Shown: positions 48,009-54,200 of the stretch, one piece after another
How positions within the stretch are numbered: the stretch's first letter is position 1
How the letters are laid out: every line of letters starts with the position of its first letter
The notes under the pieces: model-generated
The model's input: the letters and a program-made list of their open reading frames with translations, nothing else
Told to the model about the DNA's origin: nothing
Database searches by the model: none
Assembly (NCBI GenBank): GCA_046759165.1
Contig: JBHIBS010000007.1
Span: 1 to 54,200 of the forward strand
Length of the DNA: 54,200 nucleotides
Origin: a bacterium
Lineage (GTDB): Bacteria; UBA6262; WVXT01
Direction of reading: 5' to 3'
Position numbers and translations under genes: made by a program

Positions 48009-49118
48009 TTGATGAAAGACTGGTTATACAAAGTTAAATTTATACTATGGTTGATTGGCAAGCGAAAATTTAAGTTAGTATACAATTATTTTTGGATGTA
48101 TTTTTGGGAATGGTCTAGTTTTTTCTCTAGGTTATTTCTTATTAAATTATTCCCTTGGGGTGTGCCTTATCCTCCTTCTATTGAGATTGAGCCAACAACA
48201 AGATGTAATTTAAAATGTACTATCTGTGAACATACTTATTGGAATGAAAAGGGAAGAAATATGTCCTTTGTGGAATTTAAGAATATTGTAGACCAATTTC
48301 CCAAACTAAGATGGACAGGTCTTACGGGCATTGGTTCCAGTTTCTTAAATAAAGATTTTTTAAGGATGGTAGAATATCTGAAGAAAAGGTCAATAATAGT
48401 AGAATTAATCGATACTTTTAATCATATTGATGAAAAGATAGTAGAGAAGATTGTGGATATGGAGGTAGATTTTTATTATATTTCGATGTATGGCGCGACA
48501 AAGCAGACCTATGAAAGTGTTTGCTTAGGTTCGAACTTTGATAAGATAATGAATAATATAAAATATTTAGTTAAATTAAAACAAAAAAAGAAGACCCTAT
48601 TACCCATCGTCAACTTCCATTTTATTGTCTCCCAAACAAATTACCATGAGATGCTACCTTTTCTGGAATTAGTACATTCATTAGATGTAGATGAGTTCCA
48701 GGTTTTATTTACTCCTCTTCTTCATCCCTTTAAAGAAATAAAGCATTTAGCAGTGGATATACCAAAAGAGAGAAGGGCAGAAGTTGCCCAAAAGGCTAAA
48801 GAACTTGGAATTAGCGTGATTTATAATAATTGTGCGCAGTTAAAAAAGCCACCGATAAAAGAATGTACTGCTTGGCTTGAGCCCTTTATTTTTGCTACAG
48901 GGCATGTTGTTCCATGTTGTGCTGGAAATGAAGCAAACAGAAGAGAATTCCAGAAAAGAACTAGCTTAGGCAATGCATTTGAGAAGGATTTTCTGGAAAT
49001 ATGGAATAGTCATGAATATAAAGAGCTTACAGAAAAAATTCATAATGGTGAAATACCTGTTCAATGTGCCAATTGCACTATTTTTGATACCAAAAGTAAA
49101 TGGGAGGAACCAACATGA
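48009..49118 (+). CDS. Radical SAM protein with SPASM/twitch domain
   Basis: EPTTRCNLKCTIC; C..GHVVPCC..LGN..IWNS..CANC. Confidence 0.92.
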   Translation: MMKDWLYKVKFILWLIGKRKFKLVYNYFWMYFWEWSSFFSRLFLIKLFPWGVPYPPSIEIEPTTRCNLKCTICEHTYWNEKGRNMSFVEFKNIVDQFPKLRWTGLTGIGSSFLNKDFLRMVEYLKKRSIIVELIDTFNHIDEKIVEKIVDMEVDFYYISMYGATKQTYESVCLGSNFDKIMNNIKYLVKLKQKKKTLLPIVNFHFIVSQTNYHEMLPFLELVHSLDVDEFQVLFTPLLHPFKEIKHLAVDIPKERRAEVAQKAKELGISVIYNNCAQLKKPPIKECTAWLEPFIFATGHVVPCCAGNEANRREFQKRTSLGNAFEKDFLEIWNSHEYKELTEKIHNGEIPVQCANCTIFDTKSKWEEPT

Positions 49119-50218
49119 AGGTACTGGTTACAGGTGGTTGTGGTTTTATTGGTTCGCATGTCTGTGAATATTATAGGAATAAAGGAATAGAGGTTGTTTC
49201 CGTAGATAATATGACAAAATATGAACTTTCCAGAACAGGATATATAGCAGAGGAAGCAAGAAATCATAATTGGAATTTTTTAAAGAGATTAGGAGTCAAT
49301 CTGTATAAAGAGGATATTCGAAATCTGAATAAATTGATGGAAATAACTCAACACTGTGATTTTATAATCCATACTGCAGCTCAGCCAGCGATGACCATTT
49401 CTTTAGAAGACCCTGAGTTGGATATATCTACTAATGTTATAGGAACATTTAATGTTCTGGAACTCGCCAGGAAGTTTAAAATCCCAGTTGTTTATTGTGG
49501 AACGATTCATATTTATGGAAATAAAATTAATGAAACTTTAAGGGGAAAAGATACTCGCTATGTAAGAAGGCCTATAGGAATAGATGAATCTCATCCTGTG
49601 GTTGAAGGATTATTAACTCCCCTCCATGCATCAAAGAGGTCTGCAGAGCTTTATGTACAAACATACATAGACTCATATGGAGTTGAAGCTGCAAGTTTTC
49701 GTTTAACGGGATTATATGGACCAAGGCAATTTGGAGGAGAAGACCATGGCTGGGTAGCAAACTTTGCTATAAGAGCAGTTGCGGGATTACCCATAAACAT
49801 TTATGGGACAGGTAAACAAGTAAGAGATATTTTATATGCCACTGATGTTTGTGAAGCATTTGATACCTTCTATAGAACGAGGAAACCTGGAATATATAAT
49901 ATTGGTGGAGGAGAAGGGACTGCTATATCTTTAATTGAGTGCGTTAGATTAATCGAGAACATATTAGAGAAAAAGTTAAAAGTTAACTTTGCACCTGCAA
50001 GGAAGGGAGACCTTAAATATTTTATTTGTGATATTAATAAAGCAAAAAAATTTCTCAAATGGGAACCACAAGTAAAACCAAGACAAGGAATCAAGCATTT
50101 GATTGAATGGATTAAGGATAATGAAAATATTTTTGTTTTTCAAAACAACAAATCAAAATGGAGGCCAGAAAATGGAAGCCTTAATTTTAGCAGGTGGCAG
50201 AGGGTCACGAGTAAATGA
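49115..50218 (+). CDS. NAD-dependent epimerase, CDP-tyvelose 2-epimerase-like
   Basis: GGCGFIG; HTAAQPAM; YGPRQFGGEDHGWV; GKQVRDIL; LHASK replaces the usual YxxxK. Confidence 0.85.
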   Translation: MKVLVTGGCGFIGSHVCEYYRNKGIEVVSVDNMTKYELSRTGYIAEEARNHNWNFLKRLGVNLYKEDIRNLNKLMEITQHCDFIIHTAAQPAMTISLEDPELDISTNVIGTFNVLELARKFKIPVVYCGTIHIYGNKINETLRGKDTRYVRRPIGIDESHPVVEGLLTPLHASKRSAELYVQTYIDSYGVEAASFRLTGLYGPRQFGGEDHGWVANFAIRAVAGLPINIYGTGKQVRDILYATDVCEAFDTFYRTRKPGIYNIGGGEGTAISLIECVRLIENILEKKLKVNFAPARKGDLKYFICDINKAKKFLKWEPQVKPRQGIKHLIEWIKDNENIFVFQNNKSKWRPENGSLNFSRWQRVTSK

Positions 50219-50969
50219 ACTTTCAGAAAGCGTCAATAAATGCATGATTAAAATGATGGGTAAACCTCTGCTTGAATACAATTTAGACATACTTGCAAAA
50301 TTAGATATTCAGGAAGTTATTATCGTAGTCGCTTATAAGGCAGAAGATATTATCAATACGTTTGGAACAAATTATTCAGGTATGAGAATAAAGTATGTAA
50401 TTCAACGGGAACAGAAAGGATTGGTACATGCAATTGAAACTGCAAAAACATATTTGGATGATGATTTTATTTTAATGCTTGGGGATGAAATTTTAGTTGA
50501 GACTCGGCATGTGGAGATGGTGGGTAAATTTCATAACAATAAGATATTTGCTATTTGTGGCGTTGTTCCCGTGGAGAATAAAATGAGAATTTGTAAAACT
50601 TACTCTATATTTTTTAATGAGAAAAATAGAATCTTACGCTTAGTAGAAAAACCCAAAAAACCATTGAATAATTTAATGGGAACAGGGAACTGTATATTTT
50701 CTAAGGAGATAGTCAATTATATAGAGATTACACCTATTAGCCATGAGCGGGGCGAGAAAGAATTGCCCGACTTAATTCAATGTGCTATTGATGACGGGGA
50801 GATTATAGAATATTTCGAGATAGCCAATTATTACTATAACATCAATTCTTATGGTGACTTAAGAGAGGCGGAGTCTTTAATTTCTGAATTAGCAGAAAAG
50901 GAACAATCTCTATATGCTAGTAATTTATATTTGAGGCAAAAGCTTAATGAAAATAGTTATGGTAAGTGA
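50172..50969 (+). CDS. Sugar-1-phosphate nucleotidyltransferase (RmlA-like)
   Basis: ILAGGRGSR; GLVHAI; LVEKP; RGEKELPD; ATG at 50172. Confidence 0.9.
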   Translation: MEALILAGGRGSRVNELSESVNKCMIKMMGKPLLEYNLDILAKLDIQEVIIVVAYKAEDIINTFGTNYSGMRIKYVIQREQKGLVHAIETAKTYLDDDFILMLGDEILVETRHVEMVGKFHNNKIFAICGVVPVENKMRICKTYSIFFNEKNRILRLVEKPKKPLNNLMGTGNCIFSKEIVNYIEITPISHERGEKELPDLIQCAIDDGEIIEYFEIANYYYNINSYGDLREAESLISELAEKEQSLYASNLYLRQKLNENSYGK

Positions 50970-52299
50970 TTATTTGCCGGAATTGCACTCCACATGGGGA
51001 GGTGCCGAGCAAGCTTGTTTAAGGTTAGCTAATCTATTAACCAAGAATGGGGATAAAATTTATGTTATAACCACAAGACCCAAAAAAGCAAGCTTTACCC
51101 ACGCACCACGGAATTCTGAAGCAGAGAGTGCCTCTGGAGTTAGCTTGCAGGATTTTGCTTTTAATCATATTACTTTACCTGTGCTGGAAGATTTTTTCCC
51201 ATTTAGATTTAAGAAGATCGTACGAGGCATAAAGACATTAGTTTTTCCATTTGACTTATTTTCTTATTTCTCTTTTAAACGTTACTTAAAAGAGATCAAA
51301 CCAGATATTATTCATTTACATAATATGGCTTCTCTTTCCTTTTCGCTTATTCTGGCTGCTAATAAACAACGAACCCCAGTTTTACTAACTGCATATGATT
51401 ATTGGTTTTTCTGTCCTGTTGGGTTCTTATGGAAATTAAATAATTACTTTACTTTTCAAGGAGAAAATTGTTCTGAATATCACGGTAGTTATTGTTATGA
51501 TTGTCTAATTCAAGATTCTAGGATATCCAGATTGCAGATGAAGATTGTCAAATATCTTCTTCCTTTTAGAAGAATGATTTTTGATTTCTTTTTGAAAAGA
51601 ATTAGTGGTTTTATCATTCTCTCACAAGCTAATGCGAAAGCATTCGAGTCTTACCAGATAAAAAAAGATAGAATTCATGTAGTGCATATTCCCCTGGGAA
51701 GGAAAAGAAATCATCACGAATTTCCAATAGAAAAAAATAGCATCTTATTCCTAGGCTGGCTTCATCCCAGGAAAGGTCTGCATGTTTTAATAGAGGCAAT
51801 GAAATATGTGTTAAAAGAAGTCCCTGAAGCTAAATTATATGCTATAGGCGGAGATTATGATGGTGCCTATAAAGAAAACATTATGGCAAATGTGAGTCAG
51901 TACCATATGGAAAATAACATATTCTTTCTGGGGAAAAGACCGTATGATTTTGTTGAGCGGTATTTAAAAAAGGCATATGTATTGGTTATTCCTGAACAGT
52001 GGGAAACAATTGCGCCTAATGCATTAACAGAAGGTATGGTATATGGGAAAGTAGTTATTGCCAGTCGTATAGGAGGTAATTGTGACATCATTAAGGATAA
52101 TATAAATGGATTACTAGTAGAATATGATAATCCCAAGGATTATGCAGAGAAAATAATAAGCGTTTTAAAAAATGACTATTTAGCTTATTCCTTAAGAGAA
52201 AATGCCAGAAAAAAAACTCATATTTTCTCTGAGAAAAATGTATATAAAGAGCTTTCTTCTGCGTATCGAAAATATTCCTCTAAGGGTAATTTAAATTGA
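50947..52299 (+). CDS. Glycosyltransferase family 4 with Cys cluster
   Basis: GGAE; DYWFFCP..C..C..C; LGWLHPRKG; SRIGG. Confidence 0.9.
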   Translation: MKIVMVSDYLPELHSTWGGAEQACLRLANLLTKNGDKIYVITTRPKKASFTHAPRNSEAESASGVSLQDFAFNHITLPVLEDFFPFRFKKIVRGIKTLVFPFDLFSYFSFKRYLKEIKPDIIHLHNMASLSFSLILAANKQRTPVLLTAYDYWFFCPVGFLWKLNNYFTFQGENCSEYHGSYCYDCLIQDSRISRLQMKIVKYLLPFRRMIFDFFLKRISGFIILSQANAKAFESYQIKKDRIHVVHIPLGRKRNHHEFPIEKNSILFLGWLHPRKGLHVLIEAMKYVLKEVPEAKLYAIGGDYDGAYKENIMANVSQYHMENNIFFLGKRPYDFVERYLKKAYVLVIPEQWETIAPNALTEGMVYGKVVIASRIGGNCDIIKDNINGLLVEYDNPKDYAEKIISVLKNDYLAYSLRENARKKTHIFSEKNVYKELSSAYRKYSSKGNLN

Positions 52300-53528
52300 A
52301 AATTTTATTTATTACTCCCAGGCTCTTATATCCCACAGATCGAGGAGATAAAATCAGGCCTTTTAATTTTGCCAGAATTCTGTCTAAAAAATATAATTTA
52401 CATCTTGTTTCATTCATACAGTCTAGGAAAGAAACTAAATATATTGATAATTTAAAAGAATATTTTGTTTCAATAGATACCGTTTACTTCTCAAGATGGA
52501 AGTCATTTTTGAATATGGGGTTAAATATTTTTTTCTTTAGACCTCTTCCATTACAAGTTTATTATTTTAAAAGCATAGCGTTTAAAAAAAAGGTCAAAGA
52601 AGCTTTGGAGAAACAGAAAGTAGATTTGGCTTATATCTTTCATTTAAGAATGGCACAGTATCTTGTTGGTAAAGATGAGGTATATAAGGTGTTAGATTTT
52701 ACTGACGCGGTATCGTTGTTCATGAAAAGATTAGTAAGCTATTCTGAGTGGTATATGAAACCTATCTTTTTATATGAGAGATCAAGATTACTTAAATATG
52801 AAAAAAGGTTAATGAGATACTTTGATGAACACTGGGTAGTATCTGATATTGATAAGAAAGCTTTAGGGAATGGGGATAGGCATAATAATTATAGTAATTT
52901 ATACGTTGTCCCTAATGGGGTTGATACTGATTACTTTAAGAACGATTTTGAAAAAATCAAAGAGAAAAAAGACGAAAGAATTATGCTATTCGTTGGTTAT
53001 ATGGGCAGAGAAAGTATTGATTCTGTTTTATATTTCTACAAGAAAATATACCCTCTAATTAGAAAAATAATTCCTGATGTTGAATTTTATATCGTAGGCG
53101 CTAATCCTCCCAATAAAATAAGAGCATTAGCTAAAAATAGCAATGTGGTTGTAGCCGGTTATGTAGAAGACTTAAGGGAATGGTATCATAAGGCGTCTAT
53201 ACTGGTTGCGCCGATGAGATTTGTTGCAGGGATGCAGAATAAAATTTTAGAGGCGATGGCAATGGAACTACCTGTAGTTACAACTAGTTATGGAAATGAA
53301 GGGATAGACGCTGTGAATGGAAAAGAAATTTTTGTTGCTGATACACCTGAGGAATTTTCACAGAGAGCGATTGATTTATTAAATGATAAAAAGTTGAGAA
53401 AAAAGATAGGAAGGGCAGGACGTGAATTTGTTAAAAATAAATACAGATGGGAAAGTGTCCTTGAAAGAATAGATGAGATTGAGAAAAAAGTTTTTGATAA
53501 AAACCTATTTCATAAGCAAATGGGCTAA
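52296..53528 (+). CDS. GT4-like sugar transferase of the type seen in PEP-CTERM/EPS loci
   Basis: YPTDRGDKIR; DFTDAVS; PNGVD; GMQNKILEAMA. Confidence 0.88.
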   Translation: MKILFITPRLLYPTDRGDKIRPFNFARILSKKYNLHLVSFIQSRKETKYIDNLKEYFVSIDTVYFSRWKSFLNMGLNIFFFRPLPLQVYYFKSIAFKKKVKEALEKQKVDLAYIFHLRMAQYLVGKDEVYKVLDFTDAVSLFMKRLVSYSEWYMKPIFLYERSRLLKYEKRLMRYFDEHWVVSDIDKKALGNGDRHNNYSNLYVVPNGVDTDYFKNDFEKIKEKKDERIMLFVGYMGRESIDSVLYFYKKIYPLIRKIIPDVEFYIVGANPPNKIRALAKNSNVVVAGYVEDLREWYHKASILVAPMRFVAGMQNKILEAMAMELPVVTTSYGNEGIDAVNGKEIFVADTPEEFSQRAIDLLNDKKLRKKIGRAGREFVKNKYRWESVLERIDEIEKKVFDKNLFHKQMG

Positions 53529-53616
53529 ATAGGTACTGAAGATTTTCAGTATTATGAATTAGAGATTTATCGTAGCCATGAACAGATAAAGGACCACTAA
53601 AGAAAGGTTTGGTCCG

Positions 53617-53706
53617 GGAAAGAAAATAGGGGTTGGAGGAGAAGGAACCTTCTGATTGCTTGGCGGCAAGAAGGTCCTTTTGTCTGGTTCTCAAGCCCCA
53701 ACCCCT
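53617..53706 (-). ncRNA. Candidate antisense-oriented small RNA (~90 nt)
   Basis: Own promoter at 53712-53740 (-); 14-bp closing inverted repeat 53623-53636/53698-53711; inner stem; U-rich tail on the minus strand. Confidence 0.55.
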
Positions 53707-53711
53707 ATTTT

Positions 53712-53740
53712 ATATTAACATAATTATCCCCAAAAATCAA
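53712..53740 (-). promoter_or_regulatory. Minus-strand sigma70 promoter
   Basis: TTGATT-17 nt-TAATAT with extended TGn. Confidence 0.6.
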
Positions 53741-53814
53741 ATTTTTTGATTGAGACGTATGATTGAGGAGAGAGAAAAGAGAAGCAGAAAAAAGAATTCA
53801 CTGACTTCTGGGGA

Positions 53815-54200
53815 ATGCTAATGGGGTATTTACTCTTATTTAGTATATGTTATTTAAGCGCCTTAATTTTGACGCCTTTGGTGGCGCGTTTTGCTTCAGC
53901 GAACGGCTTTCTGGATATGCCCGGGGATAAGCTACAGATCCATAAGAAGCCTATTCCACTCTTAGGAGGGGTAGCAATCTTTATATCGTTCATCTTGGGA
54001 ATCATAACTGCAAGTTTAATTTCAGATTTCAAGTTTTTATCAGTGAATAGCGCAGTCATTGGTGGAAGCATTATCTTTGTAGTTTCATTATGGGATGACA
54101 TAAGAGATGTAAATCCATATATTCGGCTGTTTGCTCAGATATCAACTGCATTGATAATAGCTATGGGTGGTTTCCAAATGAGGGTGTTTAACTCAGGATT
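53815..54200 (+). CDS. WecA/MraY-family undecaprenyl-phosphate HexNAc-1-P transferase (truncated by window end; absent from the ORF track)
   Basis: Manual translation: MLMGYLLLF..LDMPGDKLQIHKKPIPLLGGVAI..SLWDDIRD; open to the end of the window. Confidence 0.88.
   Translation, partial: MLMGYLLLFSICYLSALILTPLVARFASANGFLDMPGDKLQIHKKPIPLLGGVAIFISFILGIITASLISDFKFLSVNSAVIGGSIIFVVSLWDDIRDVNPYIRLFAQISTALIIAMGGFQMRVFNSG

Noticed and set aside
53431-53694. 87-aa minus-strand ORF behind the antisense promoter
   Set aside because: TTG start buried in a structured region with weak RBS, no motifs, and overlap with the GT gene; the sRNA reading is preferred
379-54101. Numerous short minus-strand and alternative-frame ORFs (e.g. 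6515-7123, 12786-13277, 17021-17440, 31397-31885, 53850-54101)
   Set aside because: They shadow well-supported + strand genes and show no recognisable motifs
1-54200. CRISPR array or cas genes
   Set aside because: No regularly spaced direct repeats with unique spacers were seen; all repeats are dispersed or gene duplications

Overview
54.2 kb from a diderm bacterium with canonical sigma70 promoters and Shine-Dalgarno sites, which argues against Bacteroidota. Essentially all real genes are on the + strand. Four blocks: (1) 0.2-7.5 kb: two secreted proteins with T9SS type-B-like (CHU_C, FTPNGDGxND) C-terminal domains, a PorV/PorP-like beta-barrel with a coiled-coil/TPR tail, a chimeric gene built from pieces of both neighbours, and a HAMP histidine kinase/response regulator pair. 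(2) 7.5-17 kb: decayed mobile region with a recombinase remnant, tRNA fragments, three pieces of a repeated structured non-coding element resembling an IS200/IS605 HEARO/omegaRNA, a TolC-MFP-RND efflux operon, an HTH-MNT/HEPN toxin-antitoxin pair and an HExxH pseudogene. (3) 17-24.8 kb: REC-HTH regulator and an export module (secreted protein, OM beta-barrel, short OPX, Wzc, O-antigen-ligase-TPR). (4) 24.8-54.2 kb: AT-rich glycan biosynthesis operon (gmd/perosamine, neuABCD with formyltransferase and deacetylase, Wzx, three radical SAM enzymes, six GT4s, Wzy candidate, truncated WecA). Best candidates for undescribed biology: a barrel-TPR/sensor-kinase trans-envelope module suggested by a Rosetta-stone fusion, a possible exosortase-independent protein-linked glycan system, orphan omegaRNA-like repeats, and an antisense sRNA. 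All family calls come from motif recognition; no database searches were run.
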